Source of the DNA: an uncultured Planctomycetaceae bacterium
GTDB taxonomy: Bacteria; Planctomycetota; Phycisphaerae; SM23-33
Assembly: GCA_964642165.1 (NCBI GenBank)
Contig: CAZXOC010000004.1
Span: 2,200 to 66,199 of the forward strand
Direction: 5' to 3'
Length of the DNA: 64,000 nucleotides
Below the pieces are notes generated by a model. That model had not been told where the DNA came from. It saw nothing but the letters and a program-made list of their open reading frames with translations, and searched no databases. Shown in pieces: positions 9,593 to 17,531 of this stretch (positions are counted from its first letter, which is position 1; the number at the start of each line of letters is the position of its first letter). Made by a program: the position numbers and the translations under genes.

Positions 9593-10678
9593 CTACTTGC
9601 CGAGCAGCTCGGCCATGGCCTGGCCGAAGGCCTTGCCCATCTTGTAGTAGATCCGGGCGCTGCCGAGGTAGTGGTAGCCCCGCTCGGAGCCGATGTTGTA
9701 GAACGTCACCCAGTCCGGGCCTCGCCAGATGCCCTTCTTGACCATCTCCTCGACGTCCGGCTCCCAGAACTCGCAGGTCTTGGCGAACGCGACGTTGCCC
9801 TTGAACTCGGGCAGCTTCGTCGCCGCCTCCTGGGCCTTCTGGAAGTCGCCGCGCTTCCCGCCCGCCCCCAGCTCGCCGATGACCACCGGCAGCTTCGGCG
9901 CCTTCAGGTCCTTGCGGACGTCCTTGACCAGTTGGGCCAGCCGCTTGGTGAACGTGGCGTACTTCTCCCCGCGCTGCGACCCGTCGACCATGTCGTTCCA
10001 GCCCTGGAAGAAGACGAACCCGGCCAGCTCGTAGCCGCGCTTCTCGTCGTACTTGGGAAAGTGCTCCTTGAGGTGGCCCAGCACGTCGCGGACGTGGGCG
10101 AGCATGTCCCGGTAGGCCTTGCCGTACCGCGCCCTGACGTCGGCCATCGTGGTCTCGGGCTTGCGCTTCCGGGCGCGGGCCAGCTCCTGCTGAAGGACCT
10201 CCTCCGGGGGCATGGCGGCGCCCGGGGGCAGGAAGTCGCGCTTGACGCTCCGGCCGCCCCAGCAGGTCTTGATCAGCAGGACCTGCTCGTCCACGTGCTC
10301 GCCGATCACCCACCCGAAGCCCAGCTCCGGGCCCATCTTGATGTCGTTGACGCCGAAGCCCGGCTTGAGGTTGCCGCTGCGCTCGCCGTCGGTGGTCCAC
10401 ACCCACACGTCGCGGCGCTCGGTCCAGCGGCCGTCGCGGTCCTTCCAGTGCTCGTACTCCTTGGCGGTCTCCTCGTTGTAGATCAGGTACTCCAGCGTGC
10501 GCAGGGCGGCGTGGCCCTGCATGTTGGACTGGCCGGCCAGGATGAAGACCTTCACCGGCCCGTCCTTGGCCATCGGCCAGGGGTCCTTGTTGAAGGCGGA
10601 TTCCGGCACCTTGGCCGAGCCCGCACCGGCGCAAAGACCCATCATCACCAGAGCCGCGGTCCATCGAAGGCGTGCCAT
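9593..10678 (-). CDS. SASA-family carbohydrate esterase (sialate O-acetylesterase-like, SGNH fold), secreted
   Basis: ORF 9593..10714, with start taken at MARLRWTAALVMMGLCAGAGSA (signal peptide). Block I motif VFILAGQSNMQG; later FVFFQGWND. Confidence 0.85.
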   Translation of the reverse strand: MARLRWTAALVMMGLCAGAGSAKVPESAFNKDPWPMAKDGPVKVFILAGQSNMQGHAALRTLEYLIYNEETAKEYEHWKDRDGRWTERRDVWVWTTDGERSGNLKPGFGVNDIKMGPELGFGWVIGEHVDEQVLLIKTCWGGRSVKRDFLPPGAAMPPEEVLQQELARARKRKPETTMADVRARYGKAYRDMLAHVRDVLGHLKEHFPKYDEKRGYELAGFVFFQGWNDMVDGSQRGEKYATFTKRLAQLVKDVRKDLKAPKLPVVIGELGAGGKRGDFQKAQEAATKLPEFKGNVAFAKTCEFWEPDVEEMVKKGIWRGPDWVTFYNIGSERGYHYLGSARIYYKMGKAFGQAMAELLGK

Positions 10679-10775
10679 CGGAGTTTTCCTTTCGCCAGGA
10701 GTGAGAGCCGTCAACGAAAGCGATACCTCGAGTCCACCCTACGCGCCCGGGGGGTGGCTGTCGAGCGCTTGCGGG

Positions 10776-13700
10776 TCAGCGGCTCGCAAACGGCAGCGCC
10801 GGGAAGCCCTCGCGGTTGTACAGGTTGGCGGCGGCCGGGGCCGGCGCCCAGGCGTAACGCACGGCGACGGGCCCGTGGACCTTCCCGCAGGTGACGACGA
10901 CCGTCTCGCCCCGGATCGCCGCCGTCGCGTCCCGCCAACTGCCGTCGGCGCCGGCGACCTGGAACCCGCCGGGCGCCGCGCCGCGCGCGGGCTCGACGCC
11001 CTTGCCGGCGACCGCCCTGCCGACCATCAGCCCCCCGCCGACGTGGTCGAACTCGACGACGACGCTCCCGCCGTCCGCGCGGTGCTTCCGGTACGTCGGG
11101 CCCGTCCGGACGGACGCCTTGCTCACCAGGGCGGCGGCCCACTGCGCGGCGCGGAGGCCGGGGGCCGCATCGCTCCTCGACGTGTCCCTCAGGTCGTACG
11201 TCGCCAGGACGGTGGTGTGCGGGATCCGCGCCAGTTGGTTCTGGGCGTCCCGCAGCCGCACCCAGTCGTTCGGGTCGTCCGTGGCCCGGCTGTCGCCGCG
11301 GTCGGGGCTGTGCATCTGGACGAAGCAGACGGGCAGGTCGTCTCGCCCGAACGCCTTCCGCAGGCCGCCGATCAGGGCCTTCGCCTTGGGCAGGTACGCC
11401 GGGTCGGCGACGCTGAAGGCCTTCGGCTGGATGATGATGCCGCGGATCGCGGCGGGCGTGAAGCGGTGGATCACGTGGTTGTACGTCGTCGTCGGCGCGC
11501 GCTGGTAGTCGGGCGGGCCGGGCAGGCGCGGCGGCTGGGTCAGCTCCCGATAGGTGACGTCGCCCCTCCGCAGCGTGCGGCGTGTCTTCGCGACCCACGC
11601 GGTCACCGCGGCGAGGCCCCGGAGGTACGCCTGCTTGCCGCGCGGGGTGAAGGGCGTCCAGGTGGTCACCGTCCTGCCCAGCGGCCCCAGCTCGGCCTCG
11701 AACGCGCGGAAGCCCTCCGGCGGCGTCATCGACTCCAGCGTCGAGGCGCCCAGGCCCACGATGCCCACGGGCGCCCCCGTGCGGCGCGCCAGGCCGAGGC
11801 CCAGGTAGCAGGCGTCGTTCCGGAAGTAGCGGCTGGCGGGCGTGTAGACGGACCAGCGGCCGCCATCGCCCGCCGGGGCCTGCGGGCGCCGGGCGTGGTT
11901 CCTGTGTTCCCACACGCCGGCCGACGCGCTGGCGCAGATCGGCGGCAGAGACTCGCTGCCCGCCCGGAGCTCCTTCGGCCCCCCCACGTGCCAGGACTGG
12001 GACAGGTACAGCCACACGTCGCCGACGAACACGCCCTTGACCTGGACGGTGCGGTTCGGCCCCTTGACCACGAGCGGTCGGCCGGTGGTCGACGCGGGCA
12101 TCGGGTCGAGCTCGGCGCGCCACCGGCCGAAGCGGTCGGCGGCGGCGGTCTTCGTCTGGCCGGCGAAGGTGACGGTGACCTTCCGGCCGGGCTCGGCCCA
12201 GCCCCACACGGGGGCCCTGGCCTCGCGCTGGAGGACGCAGTTGTCCCCGATGGCCGCCGAGAGCCGCACCTCGCGTCGAGCGGCCCTGCCGCCGCGGCGC
12301 CCGGCCGGAGAGCCCTTGGCCCGGCCGGTCGGCTTCGCTGCGGCCGGGCACGGACGATCGATCGCGTAGTCGCTCGTCGTGTTGAACTGTGCCGCGGGCA
12401 GGCCGGCCTGGTTGTAGAGGAACGGCTCGTCCGCCTTCGATTTCCAGCAGTACCGCACGTCGGTCGGTTTGCTCAGGCCGTCGGCCCAGACGAGCAGCCT
12501 CTCGCCGTCGATCCTCGACCGGGCGGGGACCCAGTTTCGGCCGTCCGCGGTGATCTCCAGGTTGATCAGCTTGCCGTCGGGCAGGCGCTGGGGCGGGTCG
12601 AGCCGGTTCTTCTTCCCGATGAACAGCCCGCCGTGGGTGCAGGTGAACTCGACGACGACCTTGCCGCCCTCGACGCGATGGCGCCGGTACAGCGGGCCGG
12701 AGTAGACCACGTCCTTGCCGTATCGCTTGGCCAGGGCCCACAGGGCGAGGCGTCGGCCGGAGTCCCATTTGTTCGCGGGGTGCAGGTTCATGTCGAGGTC
12801 GAGCAGGACGGCCATGCCCGAATTCGGGATGGTGAAGTAGCTCTGGAACTGGCGGTCGCGGACGCCCGGGCTCATGTACGAGCCGCAGCGCTGCATCTGG
12901 ACGAAGTAGAACGCCAAGTCGGCGGGCTTCTCGCCGGGCGCGGCGAAGAGCGTTCGCCAGGACGCCGCCATCGCCTCGATCTCGTGCAGGTAGCGGGCGT
13001 TGGCGTAGTCCGACTCGCCCTGGTACCAGAGGATGCCCGCGACGGCATACGGCACGAGCGGGTGGACGCGCCCGTTGTAGAGGATCGTCGTGCCGCGCCC
13101 CCGGCCCTGTCCGTCATCCGGCTCGGGCAGCATCGGCTGGGGGAACGGGAACGGGTGGCCCTGCGCGACGTCCTCCCGGGCCTTCGCGGCCCAGGCGGCG
13201 ATCTCATCGACGGCCGCCTCGTAGGCGGCCCGGCCGATCCTCGTGCTCGGGTACCACGCATCGACCGTCCGGGCCGTCTCCGCCAGCTCGCCCCGCAGCC
13301 ACCAGCCGAAGCGCGGGATCCACTCCCTGGCCGTGCTGCCCGCCCAGGCGTTCCAGAGCAGCCCCTGCGGGATGCCGGTCTCCTTGTAGATCCGCTCGGC
13401 GAAGAAGAAGCCCACGGCACAGCATTCGGGCGTCGTCCGGTCGGTGCAGACGTGCCACCGGTTGGGCCTGGTCAGGCGCTTTACGCGCGGCGGGCTCGAC
13501 GGCGGCGGGGGCGGCACGAGCTTCGTCTGGGGGTACTTGCTCCCGCGGCTGGCGACGTTCAGGTAGCGGATGTGGGGGTAGTCCATCCGCTGGCCGTCGG
13601 GCAGCCAGGACCGGCGGACGTCCCGCCCCATGTTGGACTGCCCGCCGGCGATCCAGACGTCGCCGACCAGCACGTCCCGAAACGTCACCGTGCCCGACGC

Positions 13701-13982
13701 GCCCTGGACGGTCAGCTCGCGCGGCTCCGTGCTGGCCTCCAGCGGGGCCAGGCGGACCATCCAGCGCCCGTCCCCCCCGGCGGCGGCCGTCCCGCGCTGC
13801 CCGGCGAAGCGGACCGTGACTCTCTCGCCCGCCGCGGCCGTGCCCCAGATCGGCACGGCCTTGCCCCGCTGAAGGACCATGTGGTCGTTGAGCACGCTGG
13901 CCGGCTCGACCGCCGCGGCGCTGCCGCCCCACGAGGCCGCCAGCAAGACCAGCGGGTACCATCGGCGATGCCCGGTCCGCAT
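10776..13982 (-). CDS. tandem two-module SASA/sialate O-acetylesterase-like protein, secreted
   Basis: 1068 aa with a signal peptide. Module 1 has DVWIAGGQSNMGR and ILWYQGESD and ends ..FLYNQAGLPAAQF. Module 2 repeats the whole architecture (VLQREARAPVWGWAEPGRKVTVTFAGQ.. to ..VRYAWAPAPAAANLYNREGFPALPF) but reads DVWLYLSQSWHVGG and IIIQPKAFS at the two motif positions. Confidence 0.85.
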   Translation of the reverse strand: MRTGHRRWYPLVLLAASWGGSAAAVEPASVLNDHMVLQRGKAVPIWGTAAAGERVTVRFAGQRGTAAAGGDGRWMVRLAPLEASTEPRELTVQGASGTVTFRDVLVGDVWIAGGQSNMGRDVRRSWLPDGQRMDYPHIRYLNVASRGSKYPQTKLVPPPPPSSPPRVKRLTRPNRWHVCTDRTTPECCAVGFFFAERIYKETGIPQGLLWNAWAGSTAREWIPRFGWWLRGELAETARTVDAWYPSTRIGRAAYEAAVDEIAAWAAKAREDVAQGHPFPFPQPMLPEPDDGQGRGRGTTILYNGRVHPLVPYAVAGILWYQGESDYANARYLHEIEAMAASWRTLFAAPGEKPADLAFYFVQMQRCGSYMSPGVRDRQFQSYFTIPNSGMAVLLDLDMNLHPANKWDSGRRLALWALAKRYGKDVVYSGPLYRRHRVEGGKVVVEFTCTHGGLFIGKKNRLDPPQRLPDGKLINLEITADGRNWVPARSRIDGERLLVWADGLSKPTDVRYCWKSKADEPFLYNQAGLPAAQFNTTSDYAIDRPCPAAAKPTGRAKGSPAGRRGGRAARREVRLSAAIGDNCVLQREARAPVWGWAEPGRKVTVTFAGQTKTAAADRFGRWRAELDPMPASTTGRPLVVKGPNRTVQVKGVFVGDVWLYLSQSWHVGGPKELRAGSESLPPICASASAGVWEHRNHARRPQAPAGDGGRWSVYTPASRYFRNDACYLGLGLARRTGAPVGIVGLGASTLESMTPPEGFRAFEAELGPLGRTVTTWTPFTPRGKQAYLRGLAAVTAWVAKTRRTLRRGDVTYRELTQPPRLPGPPDYQRAPTTTYNHVIHRFTPAAIRGIIIQPKAFSVADPAYLPKAKALIGGLRKAFGRDDLPVCFVQMHSPDRGDSRATDDPNDWVRLRDAQNQLARIPHTTVLATYDLRDTSRSDAAPGLRAAQWAAALVSKASVRTGPTYRKHRADGGSVVVEFDHVGGGLMVGRAVAGKGVEPARGAAPGGFQVAGADGSWRDATAAIRGETVVVTCGKVHGPVAVRYAWAPAPAAANLYNREGFPALPFASR

Positions 13983-14027
13983 TCGTTCCAGCTCCTTGTC
14001 CTGGTGAACGCCGCGTATCCCGCCAGG

Positions 14028-14522
14028 TCACTCGTCCATCTTCCCGATCTCGGCCTTGAGCTGCTCGACCTGGTCCTGCAGCTGCTTCACCTTCCTGGCG
14101 ACCTCGGGGTTCGCCTTCTGGATATAACGCCGCATCCAATCGTCGGTGTCCTGGAACTCGCCCAGGTGGTAGAGCGCCCCGCGAACGGCCGGCTTGCGGA
14201 TCGGCCAGACCGTGGCCTGGAACATCCCCGCGGGCGGCGACCCGCCCGCGCGCGGGTCACCGGGCTTGCAGGGCAGGCGCAGCCTCGGAGGCTTCTTGCC
14301 CGCGGCCTCGGCCTGCTCGACCTTCTTCGGGTGCTCGGCCCGGGCTCGCTCGCACGCCTGCTTCCACTCCCGGACGACCTGCCGGTGGTACGCCTCTCGC
14401 TCCCACTTGGCGGTCTCCGCGTCGTACGCCGCCAGGGCCTTCCGGACGAGGTCGCTGTCGAGCTTGTCCAGCTCCTCGCGCGTGCACCGCGTCTGGGCGG
14501 TCGCCCCGCCGCCCCCCGTCAT
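14028..14522 (-). pseudogene. ORF carrying a diverged internal piece of a SASA esterase; probably a truncated gene remnant (may still be expressed)
   Basis: 164-aa ORF. PPAGMFQATVWPIRKPAVRGALYHLGEFQD resembles the NGMI-PL-P-A-RG-WYQGE block of the neighbouring esterases. It is preceded by the coiled-coil/lysine-rich linker typical of these proteins. There is no N-terminal catalytic block. Its ATG (14520-14522) lies inside repeat copy 1. Confidence 0.4.
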
Positions 14523-14625
14523 CCGGCAGAATGGGCGCTTGCGGATGCTCGGGTCAGCGATAGAATCGCCAGAAAGGCCGACGGCGCTCGTCGGCGAGAA
14601 GCTATCCAGGAAATCCCGGGTAAGG
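14516..14625 (+). repeat. copy 1 of a ~110-nt inverted repeat (promoter-like boxes + hairpin + leader) directly upstream of GH95
   Basis: Aligns by hand with the reverse complement of 20350-20468. Shared runs: CCGTCATCC, TTGCGGATGCTCGG, TAGAATCG, GAAAGGCCGACGG, GCTATCCAGGAAAT. Contains TTGCGG (14539-14544), N16, TAGAAT (14561-14566), hairpin GCCGACG/CGTCGGC (14577-14595), then TAAGGAG 7 nt before ATG 14636. Confidence 0.75.
14539..14566 (+). promoter_or_regulatory. sigma70-like promoter candidate TTGCGG-N16-TAGAAT for GH95
   Basis: Hexamers read directly. The same architecture recurs in repeat copy 2 and upstream of the VWA/ExbBD operon. Confidence 0.35.
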
Positions 14626-14635
14626 AGTCACGCAA

Positions 14636-16945
14636 ATGAGAAGTAACTACGCAAGAGTCACACTTGCCCTTCTCGCCACAGCGATCACGTTTCAGCCGCT
14701 TGGAGCGGCTGAGAAGCAGGGGACCTCTCCACACAGGCAGGTCGTCTGGTCGGCCAAGCCGCTGGTGCTGCAGCCGAATCCTCCGAAACCCAGGAAGTAT
14801 TTCCAGCACATGTGGGGGTCGGGCGTGTATCCCCTGGGCAATGGCCGACTGGGATGTGCAGTCTACGGGGCAACCGACAAAGAACGTATCCAGTTCAACG
14901 AAGACACGTTGTGGACAGGTGACGAGGACAATACCGGAGCGTACCAGAACTTCGGGGAAATGTTCATCGCGCTCGACGGCCACACAAACGCATCAACGGG
15001 CGACATCAACTACCGGCGCGAGCTGGATATTGGAAAGGCGCTCCACACCATCAGCTACAAAGTGGCGGGCGTCCGGTACCGGCGCGAGTATTTCGCAAGT
15101 CATCCGGCCAACGTGCTGGTCTTCCGTTTCACGGCCGACAAGAAAGGCGCCTATACCGGGACGGTCACCCTCAAGGATGCCCACCCGGCAGGCGAAATGG
15201 AGGCCGTCGGCAACACGATCACCTTTTCCGGCGCACTTGGCCCGGGGAAGATGAATTTGAAATACGAGGCCCGGGCCAAGGTCCTGAACGAGGGCGGCTC
15301 CCTCGGCGCGACCGACGGGGCCGTGTCGTTCAAAGATTGCGACAGCCTGGTGATCCTGCTGGATGCCGGAACCGACTACCTCAACCAGCGCAAGAAGGGC
15401 TGGAAGCAGGAGCACCCGCACGAGAAGATCTCGCGGCGACTCGCAGAAGCGTCAAAGAGCTCCTTCGATGACCTGCTGGCGGAACATATCAAGGACTACC
15501 AGGGCCTTTTCAGCCGCGTGACACTGGACGTGGGCACCACCCCTCGCGCAACGCAGAGCCTTCAGACCGCGGACAGGCTAACGGCCTACCGCCAGAACAA
15601 GCCGGATCCGGATCTCGAGGAGCTGCTGTTTCAATACGCGCGATACCTCATGATCAGCAGTTCACGGCCCGGCAACATGCCCGCCAACCTGCAGGGATTG
15701 TGGAACCCCTATAACTGGCCGCCATGGCGTTCCGATTATCATTCGGATGTCAACGTGGAGATGAATTACTGGTTCGTCGACCAGGCAAACCTCTCGGAGT
15801 GCTTTTCGCCCTATTCCGAATGGCTCTACTCGGTCATTCCGGTACGACGCGACGCGACCCGGAAAGAATTCGGGGTGCGGGGCTGGATGACCCGCTCGGA
15901 GAACGGGATCTTCGGCGGAGCAACCTATCATTGGGTCCCGGGCGATTCGGCATGGCTTGCACAAAACATATGGGACCACTATGCCTTTACCGTGGACAAG
16001 GACTACCTGAAGACCAGGGCATATCCCATAATCAAAGAGCTCTGCGAGTGCTGGGAAGATCATCTCAAGGAAGGGCCCGACGGCAAACTCATCAGCCCTG
16101 AAAGCATATCTCCTGAGCACGGTCCAAAGGCAGAAGGCAACTCATACGAACAGCAACTCGTCTACGATCTCTTTTCCAACTATATCCAAGCTTCGAAAGC
16201 ACTGGGCGTGGACGAACAGTTCAGGAAAAAGGTGGAGTCGATGAGGGCACGTCTGCTCGGCCCGCGAATCGGCAAGTGGGGGCAGTTGCAGGAGTGGGCC
16301 GAGGATCTGGATGACCCGAAGGATAAGCACCGGCACCTCTCGCACTTGATCGCTGTGCATCCCGGTCGACAGATCTCGCCGCTGACCACTCCGAGACTGG
16401 CCGAAGCGGCGAAAGTCTCCATGAACGCACGCGGCGACGGGGCCACGGGCTGGAGCAAGGCCTGGAAGATCGCCATCTGGGCGCGCCTCCACGATGGCGA
16501 TCGCGCCTATAAGGTGTTGGGGGAATTCATCAAGAGAAATGTCTATCCCAACCTGTTCGGCTTTCATCCGCCGTTCCAGATCGACTGCAATTTCGGGTAT
16601 GCGGCAGGCGTCAACGAGATGCTGGTCCAATCCCACATGCATGTGGCGAGTGCCCCATCGCCAGGCGGGACACCCGACACGCGTCTGGTTCACCTCCTGC
16701 CCGCACTGCCAAAGGCATGGCCTTCCGGGGCGGTCAAAGGCATGCGGGTACGGGGCGGATATGAGCTGAACATGGAATGGAAGGACGGCAAGCTGGTCAA
16801 GGCCACACTGAGGGGTGTGTCCAATGAGAAGACCCCGGTGACTGTGCGCTACGGGGCGGCAACCACAACTGTCAAGCCGGCCAGAGACGAATCACGGGTG
16901 CTTCACGTGAGTGACTTCAGACCAAAGGAAAGAAGCAAGACATAA
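14636..16945 (+). CDS. glycoside hydrolase family 95 (alpha-L-fucosidase-type), secreted
   Basis: 769 aa with a signal peptide. GH95 hallmarks: NEDTLWTG, LQGLWNPYNWPPWRSDYHSDVNVEMNYW, FHPPFQIDCNFG. Visibly lower GC than the flanks. Confidence 0.92.
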   Translation: MRSNYARVTLALLATAITFQPLGAAEKQGTSPHRQVVWSAKPLVLQPNPPKPRKYFQHMWGSGVYPLGNGRLGCAVYGATDKERIQFNEDTLWTGDEDNTGAYQNFGEMFIALDGHTNASTGDINYRRELDIGKALHTISYKVAGVRYRREYFASHPANVLVFRFTADKKGAYTGTVTLKDAHPAGEMEAVGNTITFSGALGPGKMNLKYEARAKVLNEGGSLGATDGAVSFKDCDSLVILLDAGTDYLNQRKKGWKQEHPHEKISRRLAEASKSSFDDLLAEHIKDYQGLFSRVTLDVGTTPRATQSLQTADRLTAYRQNKPDPDLEELLFQYARYLMISSSRPGNMPANLQGLWNPYNWPPWRSDYHSDVNVEMNYWFVDQANLSECFSPYSEWLYSVIPVRRDATRKEFGVRGWMTRSENGIFGGATYHWVPGDSAWLAQNIWDHYAFTVDKDYLKTRAYPIIKELCECWEDHLKEGPDGKLISPESISPEHGPKAEGNSYEQQLVYDLFSNYIQASKALGVDEQFRKKVESMRARLLGPRIGKWGQLQEWAEDLDDPKDKHRHLSHLIAVHPGRQISPLTTPRLAEAAKVSMNARGDGATGWSKAWKIAIWARLHDGDRAYKVLGEFIKRNVYPNLFGFHPPFQIDCNFGYAAGVNEMLVQSHMHVASAPSPGGTPDTRLVHLLPALPKAWPSGAVKGMRVRGGYELNMEWKDGKLVKATLRGVSNEKTPVTVRYGAATTTVKPARDESRVLHVSDFRPKERSKT

Positions 16946-17037
16946 ACAGAAATCGGATCTCATTGTAGTGGCCCGGCGGATTGCCCCTGGGGTTTCTCGG
17001 GCCTTCTCGTTGTTGCGCTGGTCCAGCGACTTGCGGC

Positions 17038-17215
17038 TCTCGGCAGTCCAGGGCGTCCACCCGGCCGGGCCGTCCAGGTCCCGCCTGGGCTTGTACCACG
17101 ACGCATCCAGCCGGCAGTACCGCAGGTGCGGCATGTCGGGGGCGTTCAGCTCGGTGTCCTTGGTCTCGTGGTTGCCCCAGACCATGTTGGACTGCCCCGC
17201 GCAGGGCCAGACCTC
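17038..17215 (-). pseudogene. N-terminal-block fragment of a SASA esterase gene
   Basis: Within ORF 16892..17350: GEVWPCAGQSNMVWGNHETKDTELNAPDMPHLRYCRLD matches only the GQSNM block region of the esterases. No signal peptide and no downstream domains. Sits between two convergent genes. Confidence 0.5.
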
Positions 17216-17531
17216 GCCTTCCGTATCTCCCTCGTCACCATCGCGCGATAGCGCAGCTATGACGAACAACCTCGGAACGAAGAACGGGAACGCCGCAGAG
17301 TGCAACTCTCCAAGCAAGTTGAACCAGAATGACGCCAATTCGGTAAACACGCTTCATGACGCAGTTCTCCTTGAATTCCGTGGTAGTCCACATAGACGGT
17401 TCCGGCATGTGCGGTTCCCGATCATACAGAGGCAGCAGCACCATTGTGGCCGAACCGATCCGGTAGAGCAGCTCCGGAGCCGACGTGATGCCGTCAGGAG
17501 GACTGCTCGCGACAACAGAGACCGATTATCT

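Noticed and set aside
10497-14639. 1380-aa + ORF and 685-aa - ORF (10711..12768) across the esterase genes
   Set aside because: Low-complexity Arg/Gly/Pro/Asp sequence antisense to, or out of frame with, the well-supported 10776..13982 gene.
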